The position numbers and the translations under genes were made by a program. A model generated the notes under the pieces. It did no database searches, was not told the DNA's origin, and saw only the letters and a program-made list of their open reading frames with translations. Below, in pieces: positions 27,012 through 37,486 of a stretch of DNA of 64,000 nt; within the stretch, counting starts at the first letter, position 1; every line of letters begins with the position of its first letter. Source of the stretch: an uncultured Bacillota bacterium (GTDB lineage: Bacteria > Sysuimicrobiota > Sysuimicrobiia > Sysuimicrobiales > Segetimicrobiaceae); assembly GCA_963804645.1 (NCBI GenBank), contig CAWDRG010000011.1, forward strand, positions 128,001-192,000, given 5' to 3'.

Positions 27012-27902
27012 CTAGGAGTAGCGGAGCCGGGGATCCAGAAAGTCGCGCAGCCCGTCCCCGAGCAGGTTCAGGCTGAGCACGCTCAGGATGATCGCGGCGC
27101 CCGGAAAGATGCTGATCCAGGGCGCCTGTCGCAGATACTCCTGCCCCCCGCTGATAATGCCGCCCCACGTGGGGATCGTGGGAGGAATGCCGACGCCGAG
27201 AAAACTCAGCGCTGCCTCCCCGAGCATGGCGTACGCGGTGATGAACGTCGCCTGCACGATCACCGGCGACGCGCAGTTGACCAAGATATGCCGCACGAGG
27301 ATGCGCGCCCGGCGGGCCCCGATCGCGTGCGCCGCGTCGATGTACTCGAGGGACGCGATCACCAGCACGGACCCGCGCACCACCCGCGCGACGCGCGGGG
27401 TGTAGACAAAGCTCAACGCCAGCACGACGTTCCGGGCGCTCGGTCCCAGCGAGGCCATCAGCGCGATCGCGAGCAGAATGTCGGGAAACGCCATCACGCC
27501 GTCCATGATGCGCATCAGAATCTTGTCAGCGCCGCGATTCGTGCCGGCGATCAGCCCCACGACGATCCCCGCGGCGGTCGACAGCAGCGTGACGACCAGC
27601 CCGACGGTCAGGGAGAGCCGCGCTCCGTACAGCGTCCGGCTGAGGATGTCCCGGCCGTATTCGTCCGTCCCGAACGGGTGCGCCGCTTCCGGCGCGTGGA
27701 GACGCGCCGGCACGTCGATCGTGTTCGGATTGGTGGGCGCGAGCAGCGGCGCCGCCACCGCGGCGGCGGCCACCGCGAGGAGGATCAGGACGCCGATGCC
27801 GATGATGCGGCGCCGGCGCACCATCTTCCACAGCGTCGAGACGATCCCGGGCCGGCCCGGCACCCTCGCGGGAACGCGCACGGCCGCCGCCTGCTGGACC
27901 AC
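27012..27902 (-). CDS. Peptide/nickel ABC permease (OppC/DppC-like)
   Basis: [43 protein letters not shown] before GTG 27902. Confidence 0.9.
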   Translation of the reverse strand: MVQQAAAVRVPARVPGRPGIVSTLWKMVRRRRIIGIGVLILLAVAAAAVAAPLLAPTNPNTIDVPARLHAPEAAHPFGTDEYGRDILSRTLYGARLSLTVGLVVTLLSTAAGIVVGLIAGTNRGADKILMRIMDGVMAFPDILLAIALMASLGPSARNVVLALSFVYTPRVARVVRGSVLVIASLEYIDAAHAIGARRARILVRHILVNCASPVIVQATFITAYAMLGEAALSFLGVGIPPTIPTWGGIISGGQEYLRQAPWISIFPGAAIILSVLSLNLLGDGLRDFLDPRLRYS

Positions 27903-27904
27903 GA

Positions 27905-28846
27905 TCAGTACCTCACGCGGGGATCCACCGCGAAGTACAGCAGGTCCACAACCAGGTTGATGATGACGTAGGCGGTCGCGACCGTCAGCGTCACGCCCTG
28001 GATCACCGGGTAATCCCGACGCAGCACCGAGGACACCACCAGCTGGCCGATGCCCGGCAGGCTGAAGACCGTCTCGGTCACGACCGCCCCGCCCATCAGC
28101 GCGGCAAACGTCAGGCCGACCACAGTCAGGATCGGCACGAGCGCATTGCGCAGCGCGTGCCGGAAGATGACGGCGCGCCCACGCAGTCCCTTGGCCCGCG
28201 CGGTCCGGATGTAGTCGTTGCCCAGCACGTCGAGCAGGCTGCTGCGCGTAAACCGGATGATCAGCGACGAATTCGGGACGCCGAGCGCCAGCGCGGGCAG
28301 CACGAGGTACTGCAGGCTCTGCCGCAGGCCGTTGCTCGGCGACTGATATCCGGACGAGGGCAGCCATCCGAAATCCACCGCAAACAGGACGATCAGCGAC
28401 AGCCCGAGCCAGAAGCTCGGCACCGCGGCGCCGAGCAGGGCGAGCCCCAGGCTCGCCTGATCGAGCCAGGAGTTCCGGAACACCGCGGACACGATGCCGA
28501 CGGGGATGCCGATCACGAGGGCCACCGTCATCCCGAGCGCCGAGAGCGTCGCGGTGGGGCCGAGGTGCAGCGCGATGTCCCGGCTCACCGGGATGTGCAG
28601 AAACAGCGATTCGCCAAGGTCGCCGCGCAGCGCGCGCCCGATCCACAGCACGAACTGCACCGGAAGCGGCCGGTCGAGCCCGAGGTCGTGGCGCAGGGTC
28701 GCGACCTGCGCCTCCGTGGCATCCTCCCCCAGCATCACGCGCGCCGGATCGCCGGGCGTCACGTGCACCACCATGAAGACGACGACTGCCACGACCGCCA
28801 GCACGGGCAGCAGCGCGAACAGTCGTCCGGTCAGGTAAGACAGCAC
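27905..28846 (-). CDS. Peptide/nickel ABC permease (OppB/DppB-like)
   Basis: PGDPA, GLDRP, YIRTARAKG, HALRNA, ETVFSLPG, RDYPVIQG. Confidence 0.9.
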   Translation of the reverse strand: MLSYLTGRLFALLPVLAVVAVVVFMVVHVTPGDPARVMLGEDATEAQVATLRHDLGLDRPLPVQFVLWIGRALRGDLGESLFLHIPVSRDIALHLGPTATLSALGMTVALVIGIPVGIVSAVFRNSWLDQASLGLALLGAAVPSFWLGLSLIVLFAVDFGWLPSSGYQSPSNGLRQSLQYLVLPALALGVPNSSLIIRFTRSSLLDVLGNDYIRTARAKGLRGRAVIFRHALRNALVPILTVVGLTFAALMGGAVVTETVFSLPGIGQLVVSSVLRRDYPVIQGVTLTVATAYVIINLVVDLLYFAVDPRVRY

Positions 28847-29109
28847 TCGATCGCCAGTCTCCCGTGAGCGGCTACGTGACGGCCTGCGCGTTCCGGGGCC
28901 CGGTGCCGGCTGGCGCGACGCCCCGCCGGTGTGGCCGCCGCATCGATGCGGAGCCGCGCATCGTCAACCGTCCCGACCTCGCCCGCCCGCGTCCATCCGC
29001 GACCTCCGCCATCCGATTGTCCGCGTGATTCCGCGCCGCGCCGCCGGGTCCCTCTCCCGGCGCGGCACCAAGGACGATCCGCCCGAATCGCCGCAGCCCC
29101 ATGGTCCCG

Positions 29110-30705
29110 CTAGCGCACGGCTTCGACGTTCCACACGACCATGCCGAGCCTCGGCGTGAACCCCGGCAGGTTCTTGCGGCTCAACATCAAGCTGAACGCC
29201 GTCCCGGGCCGCACGATCGGGACCTCCTCGTACATCAACGCCTGCAGCTTTCCCCATAACTCAACGCGCTTGCGCGGGTCGGGCTCGGCGTTGAACTGCG
29301 CGAACAGCGCATCCTTGGTCGGTGTGTCCCACCACCCCGGGTACGCCGAGCTGAAGGGCAGCGCCAGCGCGGGGTCGGGCACAAACCCGAACGTCGTCAC
29401 AAACACGTCCCAGTCGGCCGGCCGGGCGCGATGGTCGAGCACCGTTGCCCAATCCAAGACCTGCATGTCGACCTGAAATCCGGCCAGCCGGAGCTGCGAC
29501 GCCGCCACAACCGTGCTCTTGAACGCCCAATCGTACTGCTGCGTCGTGAGCCACCGGATCGGCTGCCCGCCATACCCCGCCGACTGGGCGAGCTCCCGCG
29601 CGCGGTCGACGTTGTGAACATCGTACAGGCTGGCGCCGACAGTGGTGTACCAGGGCGTGCCCTTCGGGAACAGACTGGGATCGAGCGCGTACAGGTCGGG
29701 GTTGCCGTAGGTCGCGCGCAGGATCGACTCCATATCGAGCGCGGCGGCGACCGCCTGGCGCAGCTTCTGGTTCGTCATCAGACCCTGCTTCTCGTTGAAG
29801 AAGAATGCGAGGAACGATCCGGGACGGATCAGCCCGACGTCGACCCGCGGATCCGCCTTCAACGCGCTGTAGGCGTCCTGGTTGATCTGATCGGCGATGT
29901 CGTAGTCACCGCTCTGCACGCCCGCGATCCGCGCCTCGACCTGCGCCACCGGGTAGTAGTAGATATCGGTGGCGAGCGCGTCTTTGCGCCCCGCGTAGCC
30001 GCTCGGCGGCTCCGTCCTGGGCGGATACTGATCAAAGCGCGTCAGGTGCACGTACCGGTCCGGCGCCCACTCCACGAAGCGGTACGGTCCCGTCCCGACG
30101 AACTGCCGGAGCGGCTGCGTCCCGGCAGCGTCGGCGATCTCCTTCGGCATGATCACCGCGGGACCGCTCGACAGCGCCAGGAACGCCAGCAGGGGGGCGA
30201 CCGGCGTCTTGAGCTTCATGACCACTGTGTCCGTCCCGGTGGCGCTCACGGATTCCACGTTCCGGTAGACCGACGGGCCGTACGCGCTCACCTTGCCCCA
30301 GCGGTTGAGCGAGGCCACCACGTCGTCGGCGCCCATCGTCGCGCCATTGTGAAACGGCACGTTGCCCCGCAGTGTAAACGTGTACGTCAGACTGTCCCGG
30401 CTCACGGTGTACGCGGACACGAGGACCGGCTGAATCCGCCAGCGGTCGTCAAAGGCGAACAGCCCCTCGTAGACCGGCAGCATGATCGTCGAGGTCAGCC
30501 CCGCGGTCGTCGCCACGGTGTCGAGCGTCAGCGGCTCGCCGACCTCGGCGATCCGGAGCGTGCCACCCCGCCGCGCCGGCGCCGCGAACGCGGCGGGCAG
30601 GGACGCCGCCCCGATCCCGCACGCGCCCGCGGCGGCCGAGAGCCCGCCCGCCGCGGCGGTCGTGAGGAACCCACGCCGGGTGATCCGGCGGCCGGCGGCC
30701 ATCAT
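29110..30705 (-). CDS. Family 5 (DppA/OppA-like) ABC substrate-binding protein with Tat signal
   Basis: ITRRGFL twin-arginine motif; GGTLRIA, YTFTLR...FHNG, GTGPYRF, LRQAV. Confidence 0.9.
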   Translation of the reverse strand: MMAAGRRITRRGFLTTAAAGGLSAAAGACGIGAASLPAAFAAPARRGGTLRIAEVGEPLTLDTVATTAGLTSTIMLPVYEGLFAFDDRWRIQPVLVSAYTVSRDSLTYTFTLRGNVPFHNGATMGADDVVASLNRWGKVSAYGPSVYRNVESVSATGTDTVVMKLKTPVAPLLAFLALSSGPAVIMPKEIADAAGTQPLRQFVGTGPYRFVEWAPDRYVHLTRFDQYPPRTEPPSGYAGRKDALATDIYYYPVAQVEARIAGVQSGDYDIADQINQDAYSALKADPRVDVGLIRPGSFLAFFFNEKQGLMTNQKLRQAVAAALDMESILRATYGNPDLYALDPSLFPKGTPWYTTVGASLYDVHNVDRARELAQSAGYGGQPIRWLTTQQYDWAFKSTVVAASQLRLAGFQVDMQVLDWATVLDHRARPADWDVFVTTFGFVPDPALALPFSSAYPGWWDTPTKDALFAQFNAEPDPRKRVELWGKLQALMYEEVPIVRPGTAFSLMLSRKNLPGFTPRLGMVVWNVEAVR

Positions 30706-31697
30706 GGGCGCCTCCTCAGCCCGCCTCCGGCTCGCCGCGCGCCGCCACGGCGCAGATCGAGTTCGCCGGCACGGACGGTCCGGAGATGGCGCATTACCCA
30801 CACCGTTCCCGCGTGGGGCGCGGCGACGACCGCGGCCGTGTCGCCGAACTGGGTGAGCACGCGCACGAGCGGCTCGCCGGAGGTGACCTCGTCGCCGAGA
30901 TCGTGCAACGGCTGGGCGAACCCGTCCGCCGGCGCGTTGAGCTCGGTGATGCGCCGGAACGGTCCCGCGATCTCCGGGGCCGGCCGGTCCCGGAGCACCC
31001 GGAGCCAGCGCAGCAGGTTCAGGACGCCCGCGTGATCCGCCGCGATATCGGCCTCCAGCGCGCCGCCCGCACCGGTCATTTCCACGCCGACCGTCGGGAT
31101 GCCGAGGCGCGCGGTCTCGGCGTTGAACGTCCCCCGGTGATCCTTGAGCTCCCACAGCGTCGACAGACCGAACGCGCGGGCCGCCGCCCGCGAGCGCGCC
31201 TCATCCCCCAACCCCCGTCGGACGCCGACGACCGGATGATACCGCGCGCGGGTGCTGCCGCTGTGCAGATCCAGAAACAGCGCCGGCCGGAGCCGGACGA
31301 TGCACGCCAGCAGCGCTGCGGCGAGGCGCTGCGTCGGCGTCCCGTCCGCGTCCCCCGGAAAGGTTCGGGCCAGGTTGACGCCGTCGATCGCCTCGGGGGT
31401 CTCACGGATCCCCGCCGCGGCCGCCCACGGGTTGCAGATCGGCATCGCGACGAGGGTCCCGTGCATCTCGTCGGGGCGCAGGTCCGCGATCGCGCGCCAC
31501 AGCGCCTGAGGGCCCTCGTATTCGTCCCCGTGCACCCCCGCCACCGCGATGAACACGGGCCCGGGATGCCGACCCACCACCGCCACGATCGGAAGATCCG
31601 CGACCGGGTCGTCCACCGCCCGCGCGAGAATCCGCGTGGTCCCCGGACCGCAGCGCCCCGGGTCGAACTCCGCGAGCGTCATCCGCTGCTCCGGCAT
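30702..31697 (-). CDS. Succinylglutamate desuccinylase/aspartoacylase (M14) family protein
   Basis: AGVHGDEYEG, NP, NLARTFPG, DLHSG, VEM.G. Confidence 0.87.
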   Translation of the reverse strand: MPEQRMTLAEFDPGRCGPGTTRILARAVDDPVADLPIVAVVGRHPGPVFIAVAGVHGDEYEGPQALWRAIADLRPDEMHGTLVAMPICNPWAAAAGIRETPEAIDGVNLARTFPGDADGTPTQRLAAALLACIVRLRPALFLDLHSGSTRARYHPVVGVRRGLGDEARSRAAARAFGLSTLWELKDHRGTFNAETARLGIPTVGVEMTGAGGALEADIAADHAGVLNLLRWLRVLRDRPAPEIAGPFRRITELNAPADGFAQPLHDLGDEVTSGEPLVRVLTQFGDTAAVVAAPHAGTVWVMRHLRTVRAGELDLRRGGARRAGGGLRRRP

Positions 31698-31898
31698 ACC
31701 GCCTCCCCCAACGCAAGATCGCGGCATCTGCGTTCCCCTGGGCCCCGGCGCATTCCTGCGCCGGGGGCGCGCCGCCCGCGCGCGGCCGGAAACGCGGCGG
31801 TAGCCGCCGGAATCGGTGCCGATCGTCATCAAATTCTTATACAATTGCCATACCCTAGGGACCAAACGACCGCGAACGATGGGGGTGGCAGGCTACCA

Positions 31899-32618
31899 AT
31901 GCGCACCGTGGCGGCGCCAGAACAGACGACCGTGCTGCTCGTCGACGATGATCATAAGATCATCTCGTTGGTCCGCATGTATCTGGAGCGCGAAGGGTTC
32001 CGCGTGATCGCCGCCTATGACGGCGCGCAGGCGCTCGAGCTGTTCGAGCGCCACCAGCCGGGCTTTGTCGTCCTCGACGTCATGCTCCCCCGTGTCGACG
32101 GCGTCACCGTCTGCCGGCGGCTGCGCGAGGGATCCGCGGTCCCGATCCTGATGCTGACCGCGCGGGTCGAGGAATCGGACACGCTGGCGGGACTCTCCGT
32201 CGGCGCGGACGACTACGTCACCAAGCCGTTCAGCCCCCGCGAGCTCGTCGCCCGGGTCCAGGCGATTCTGCGCCGCACGGTCTCGCACGGCCGTGCCACG
32301 TCCCGGCTCGTCCGCGGGGATCTCGTCATGGACGTGGACCGGCACGAGGTCACGATCGGCGGCCGGGGCGTCCACCTCACGCCCAACGAGTACAAGCTCC
32401 TGCACGCGCTGATGGAGTTCCCCGGACGCGTGTTCACGCGCGAGCAGCTGCTGACCCACGTCTACGCGTTCGACGAGGCGGTGGTGGTCGACCGGACGAT
32501 CGATGTCCGGATCGGCAAGCTGCGCGAGAAGCTCGGGGACAATCCCGCCCAGCCGCGCTACGTGGAGACCGTCCGCGGCGTGGGCTACAAGCTCGTGGAG
32601 CCCAAGCGTGCGCGATAG
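31899..32618 (+). CDS. OmpR-family response regulator
   Basis: LLVDDD, LDVMLP, LTAR, GADDYVTKPFS, LTPNEY, RTIDV, ETVRGVGY. Confidence 0.93.
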   Translation: MRTVAAPEQTTVLLVDDDHKIISLVRMYLEREGFRVIAAYDGAQALELFERHQPGFVVLDVMLPRVDGVTVCRRLREGSAVPILMLTARVEESDTLAGLSVGADDYVTKPFSPRELVARVQAILRRTVSHGRATSRLVRGDLVMDVDRHEVTIGGRGVHLTPNEYKLLHALMEFPGRVFTREQLLTHVYAFDEAVVVDRTIDVRIGKLREKLGDNPAQPRYVETVRGVGYKLVEPKRAR

Positions 32619-33675
32619 GCTCCTCTGGCGGCTGCTCGGGGCCCAGCTCCTCGTCATCGCGATCGCGGTGGCGATCTCCGACACCATGATTACGAATCTC
32701 GCGTCACAGTCATTCATGCAGATCATGCAGCGCTACCACATCGACCCCACGTCGGTCGAGCACGACTTTCTCGCCACGGTCCACCACGTGCTGCTGGTCA
32801 GCAGCATCGCGGCGGCGGCGGCCGCGATGCTGCTCGGGTGGGTGCTGGTACGTCGGCTGGTCCAGCCGATCGGCGAGATGATGGTCCTGTCCGAACGCAT
32901 CGCCGAGGGGGATTACGCGCGGCGCATCACCCCCCGGGGCCCCGATGAGCTGGTCCGCCTCGCTGAATCGCTGAACCGCATGGCGGCCGCGCTCCAGCGG
33001 GTCGAGGCCCTGCGCCGCGACCTCGTCGCGAACATCGCCCACGAGCTGCGCACGCCCCTCAGCACGCTGCAGGGCTATCTCGAGGCGCTGCGTGACGGCG
33101 TGACGCCGGCCACCCCCGCGACGCTGGCGTCCCTGCACGAAGAGGTGATGCGCCTCGTGCGCCTCGTGAACGCGCTGCATCAGCTGAGCCAGTTCGACGC
33201 GCGCATGTCCCGGCTGCGGCGGACCGAGGTCGACGTGCCGGTCCTCGCGCGCGGGGTGGTCGCCGCATACGCGCCGGAGTTTCAACGCCGCGGGTTCGTC
33301 GTCCACGAAACCTACGATCCGGCCGGGCAGCACGCGCACGCCGACGCGGATCTGCTGGGGCAGGCGCTCCGGACGCTGGTCGACAACGTGCTGCAGTACG
33401 CGCCGGACGGCGCCACGGTGACCGTGCGGACCACCCACACCGACCACGCCGTCCGGATCGCGGTGGAGAACACGGGCGAGGAGATCGCCGCGGAGGATCT
33501 CCCCCACATCTTCGAGCGCTTCTACCGAGGAGAAAAATCGCGATCGCGGGCCACCGGCGGCGCGGGGATCGGGCTGTCGCTCGTCCAGGAGATCGCGCGC
33601 GCCCACGGCGGGGACACCGGCGCCACGAGCGCGGACGACCTGACTGTCGTGTGGCTTACGGTCGCCGCCCGGTGA
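32608..33675 (+). CDS. HAMP sensor histidine kinase (BaeS-like)
   Basis: Two TM segments, HAMP, AHELRTPL, NTG, IFERFYRG, GAGIGL. Confidence 0.92.
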   Translation: MRDRLLWRLLGAQLLVIAIAVAISDTMITNLASQSFMQIMQRYHIDPTSVEHDFLATVHHVLLVSSIAAAAAAMLLGWVLVRRLVQPIGEMMVLSERIAEGDYARRITPRGPDELVRLAESLNRMAAALQRVEALRRDLVANIAHELRTPLSTLQGYLEALRDGVTPATPATLASLHEEVMRLVRLVNALHQLSQFDARMSRLRRTEVDVPVLARGVVAAYAPEFQRRGFVVHETYDPAGQHAHADADLLGQALRTLVDNVLQYAPDGATVTVRTTHTDHAVRIAVENTGEEIAAEDLPHIFERFYRGEKSRSRATGGAGIGLSLVQEIARAHGGDTGATSADDLTVVWLTVAAR

Positions 33676-33682
33676 CGCCGGC

Positions 33683-35344
33683 CTACCCCCGGTAGCCCGG
33701 CCGAATCACCGTCCGAAGATTCTTGACCTCCCCGATCGGCACCTCGATCAGCGCGGGCCGGTCGTGCGCGAGCGCCCCGGCGAGCGCCGTGCGCAGCGCC
33801 GCCGGCGTCTCCGCGCGCGCGCCGTCGATGCCGAACGTCTCCGCGAGACGCACGAACTCCGGGTTGAGCAGGTCGGACGCGATGGTGCGCCCGCCGAACG
33901 CCTCGCGCTGGGTGCGCAGCACGTTGCCAAACGCGCCGTCGTTGAAGACGATCGCCACGACGTTGAGGCGGTGGCGGGCCATCGTCGAGAGTTCCTGCAC
34001 GTTGTACATGAACCCGCCGTCGCCGTTGATCGACACGACCTTGCGCCCCGGCGCGCCGGCCTGGGCGCCGATCGCGTTCGCGAGCCCGTGCCCGAGCGTG
34101 CCCTGGTACCCCGATGTCAGGAACGTGCGCGGCGCGTACACGGGGAACCCGGCGTTGGCCCAGTAGCCGACCTGGGTCATCTCCGACACGAGGATGCCGT
34201 CGTCGGGTAGGACGTCGCGAATCGCGGCCCCGTAGGCCGCCTGCGGCTGCAGCGTCTCGAGCAGCGCCTGCGCCGCGGCCCGGGCGGAGGCGAGTTCCTC
34301 GCGGCGCGACGCCCGCGTCCGGTTGTGGCGACCGACCGCGGCGACGAGCGCCTCCAGCCCTGCCCGTGCGTCGCTCTGGATTCCGATCGTCACCGGACAG
34401 TTGCGGCCGATCTCTTCGCGGTCGACGTCGAGCTGGATGACCGTCTGGCCGGACCGCGGGCCCCAATCGGACCGCGCCGGCTGGTAAAATCGGGTGCCGA
34501 CGGCGAGCGCGACGTCCGACGTCGGGGTCAGTTCGGACGCGGCGACCATGGGCAGCGCGAGAGGGTGTCGGGCCGACACGGCGCCCTTGCCGTTGTCCGT
34601 CATGCACACCGGCGCTTCGAGCAGCTCCGCCAGCTGCCTGAGCGGCTCCCACGCCGCGGCCCGGAGGACCCCGCCGCCCGCGAAGATGATCGGCCGCACC
34701 GCGGCACCCAGCGCCCTGGCCGCCTGCTCGATCACCTCGGGATCTGGGGCGAGCAGCTCCCCTTCGACCCGCCCAACCGGCGAAACTTCGGCGGTCTCCT
34801 GCAGCGCGTCGGGCGGGATCTCGATCGCCACCGGGCGCGGACGCCCGGTCAGCAGCCGCCGAAACGCCTCGCGCACCACCTCCGGCACGTCGGCCGGCCG
34901 CGCCGCGCGCGCCGTCCATTTCGTGATAGAGCGGATCGCGCCCATCTGATCGCCGATCTCGTGCAGGAGCCCGCGGCCCATCCCGATGTCTCGGGAGGGG
35001 ATCTGCCCGGTAATGCACAGGACCGGCGAGGAGCACGCGTACGCGGTCGCCAGCCCCGCCGACGCGTTCAGCAGACCCGGCCCCGGCACCATGATGCAGA
35101 CGCCGACCCGGCCGGTCGTCCGGGCATAGCCGTCCGCCATGTACGAGACGGCCTGCTCGTGCCGCGTGTGGACGACGCGGAGCGCGTGGCGCTCCGCGTA
35201 GAGCGCGTCGAACGCCCAGTCGAGCTGGATGCCCGGCAGCCCGAACACGAGGTCGACCCCCTGCGCCCGGAGCGCCTGCACCAGTGCCTGCCCGCCGGTC
35301 AGCCGCGTCACCGTGCGGGACGTCCCGCCGGGACCCATCGCCAT
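33683..35344 (-). CDS. ThDP-dependent enzyme (acetolactate synthase-like family)
   Basis: FGLPG, RHEQ...MADGYAR, PGPG, GDGGF...N ThDP motif. Confidence 0.9.
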   Translation of the reverse strand: MAMGPGGTSRTVTRLTGGQALVQALRAQGVDLVFGLPGIQLDWAFDALYAERHALRVVHTRHEQAVSYMADGYARTTGRVGVCIMVPGPGLLNASAGLATAYACSSPVLCITGQIPSRDIGMGRGLLHEIGDQMGAIRSITKWTARAARPADVPEVVREAFRRLLTGRPRPVAIEIPPDALQETAEVSPVGRVEGELLAPDPEVIEQAARALGAAVRPIIFAGGGVLRAAAWEPLRQLAELLEAPVCMTDNGKGAVSARHPLALPMVAASELTPTSDVALAVGTRFYQPARSDWGPRSGQTVIQLDVDREEIGRNCPVTIGIQSDARAGLEALVAAVGRHNRTRASRREELASARAAAQALLETLQPQAAYGAAIRDVLPDDGILVSEMTQVGYWANAGFPVYAPRTFLTSGYQGTLGHGLANAIGAQAGAPGRKVVSINGDGGFMYNVQELSTMARHRLNVVAIVFNDGAFGNVLRTQREAFGGRTIASDLLNPEFVRLAETFGIDGARAETPAALRTALAGALAHDRPALIEVPIGEVKNLRTVIRPGYRG

Positions 35345-35444
35345 GCTCTTCCCTCCCCGCGCACGCGCGCCTGAGTTTGCTTGTTTGTAGAACTGGCTCG
35401 TCGCCAACTGCTGCGTGTCGTGGTTCGCCGTCGGAGCGGTTGGC

Positions 35445-36545
35445 TCAAAAGTACACGACCTGCAGCGACGGGGGCGAGAATTTCGTGAGACAGGTGTTTG
35501 TCGCGTTCGGCACGAGGTAGTTATTTTGCGGCGCGTTCCCAGGCGTGTCGGGACTCATGAGAATGATTCCGTAGGGCAGGTCATAGGCTTCCGCCACCGA
35601 GGTCACGTCGATCGTACCCGTCGCTGGCCGGGACACGACCTTCACCTCCCCCTTCGTCGAGCCGAACAGGTTTCCACTAGGTCCGTCCCACCATGGGTCA
35701 ATCGCAGCCCGGACCCAAATCGAGCACCACCCACCCTTCGAGAGCGTGAAGTTTCCCGATGCCCCGCTGACCGTTTGCATCGCAGTGAGCGTCAGGTTGG
35801 CCGAGTATATCCGGACACCGCGGAGCCAGCCCGTATCGAATGCGACGCCCGCGAACGCGTTCATCCAGACCGACACCGACGCAACGCTTGAATTTTGACA
35901 CGATTGGGTCTCAACCGGCACGTGCGGCGCCGCCGCGTTGCCGACGTACGTACCGCTCTGCGTGTGTTTGCCCTGGCCCATATACGGGAGCCAGGGGAAC
36001 AGCACAGTCACGCCGGGGAGGCGCGGAGAATAGGATGCTCCGGATTGAGACGAGTTGGGGGGACAATTCAAGACGACAAGGTAGGGGACGACCGTTGCCG
36101 TACGACTGGGCTGAAGCGAACGCGTCGTCGCCGTCGCGCCCGGAGCATAGCAGTACCGCTGACTCACCGGAGAGGTGGCGCTGCCGACGTATGCCGCCAC
36201 CGCAAAGCACAGGTTGGCGTAGCCCGCCGCTGACCTTTTAATCACGTAGTAACGCGCCGGCGCCGTGCCCAAGAAATGTTCGCCGCGGCCGCCGTATTGA
36301 TACACCTTGTACCCGGAGATCGTTTTGTCCGACTCGTCCCAGATCAGTTGCAGGTCACCGGCTCTCACGGCTGCGTCACAGATGACGGCGAGCAGGCTGA
36401 GGGCCGACACACAATCCGCTTTGCTCTGCACCGGGCGTAGGTCCGTCGGCTGCGCAATCGCCGCGCCGGCGGAACGCGGGGCTCCTAGGGTCGTCAGAAC
36501 AACAACCAGGACCACCACGGCCGGCACGATCGGCAACTGCCTCAT
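35445..36545 (-). CDS. Secreted Cys-containing hypothetical protein (FN3-like plus DNRLRE-like domains)
   Basis: GGGAG RBS, signal peptide, 8 Cys; LQLIWD..ISGYKVY; AFD...SANLTL...DVT...YGIIL...PSLQVVY. Confidence 0.7.
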   Translation of the reverse strand: MRQLPIVPAVVVLVVVLTTLGAPRSAGAAIAQPTDLRPVQSKADCVSALSLLAVICDAAVRAGDLQLIWDESDKTISGYKVYQYGGRGEHFLGTAPARYYVIKRSAAGYANLCFAVAAYVGSATSPVSQRYCYAPGATATTRSLQPSRTATVVPYLVVLNCPPNSSQSGASYSPRLPGVTVLFPWLPYMGQGKHTQSGTYVGNAAAPHVPVETQSCQNSSVASVSVWMNAFAGVAFDTGWLRGVRIYSANLTLTAMQTVSGASGNFTLSKGGWCSIWVRAAIDPWWDGPSGNLFGSTKGEVKVVSRPATGTIDVTSVAEAYDLPYGIILMSPDTPGNAPQNNYLVPNATNTCLTKFSPPSLQVVYF

Positions 36546-36718
36546 GTCTTCTCCCGCGGTGCCGCGATTGACTAGGCTGAGACAGCCTCCGCACGCCAAC
36601 CTCGCTCCGCCCGATGGTCGGAGTTCGGCGGGCCGGAAGCGCGGACCTTCGGGGCCCCAACGAGGGGCGATTGAGCAACCGTCCGACGAACAAACGGAAC
36701 GCTCGCGGCCCGCGCCAA

Positions 36719-37423
36719 TCACGCGGGCGGAAGCGATTGCGCCGCCGCCCGGTCGGCGACCACGACGGCCGCGTCCGGACGCACCCGTCCCGCCGGGATC
36801 GATGCATCTCCACGAATCAGGCGCGCGAGCATCTCGGCCTTGTCCCCGCCCGTGACCACCCACAGGATGCTCCGCGCGCGGTTGAGGATCGGGTAGGTCA
36901 GCGTCATGCGGCGCCGGCCCTGGTATACGCCTGTCAGGGCGACGTCCACGTCGACGACGTCAAGCACGGGGTCGCCGGGCACGAGCGACGCCGTATGGCC
37001 GTCCGGCCCGAGCCCCAGGTGCACGAGGTCGAGCACGGGTGGGGAGCCTGCGATCTCGCGCAGCGTGTCAGCGTAGCGCCCCGCGGCGGCGTCCAGGTCC
37101 GGCGCCTCCACCGGCATGGCGTGGATCTGCTCGGGGCGCAGCGGCGCGCGCGCGAGCAGCGTGTCGCGGAGATGGGTCAGATTGCGGTCCGGGTCGTCGG
37201 CCGGAGCCACGCGCTCGTCCACCTGCGCGACGTGGACCCGATCCCACGGCAACCGGAGAGCAGCCAGCGCGCGCAGCATCAGCCACGGGGTGCGGCCGCC
37301 GCTGAGCGCACCGACGAACCGGCCGCGCGCGGCCGCCGCCGCGGTCGCCTCCTCGGCGATGATCGCGGCCGCCCGCTGCGCGACGGCGTCCACGTCCGCA
37401 CACACGTCAATCCGCACGAGCAC
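36719..37423 (-). CDS. pgl: 6-phosphogluconolactonase
   Basis: ALSGGRTP, VDER, LGLGPDGHTASL, RMTLT, TGGDKA. Confidence 0.9.
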   Translation of the reverse strand: MLVRIDVCADVDAVAQRAAAIIAEEATAAAAARGRFVGALSGGRTPWLMLRALAALRLPWDRVHVAQVDERVAPADDPDRNLTHLRDTLLARAPLRPEQIHAMPVEAPDLDAAAGRYADTLREIAGSPPVLDLVHLGLGPDGHTASLVPGDPVLDVVDVDVALTGVYQGRRRMTLTYPILNRARSILWVVTGGDKAEMLARLIRGDASIPAGRVRPDAAVVVADRAAAQSLPPA

Positions 37424-37486
37424 CGCCCCCCGGCGCACCGCCCGGCCCCGCGGCCGAGCGCCCGCGCGGCGTCACACGCGCCGCGA

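Noticed and set aside
30786..31898. Long N-terminal extension of the response regulator ORF
   Set aside because: Antisense to the M14 gene; the receiver domain begins after 31899.
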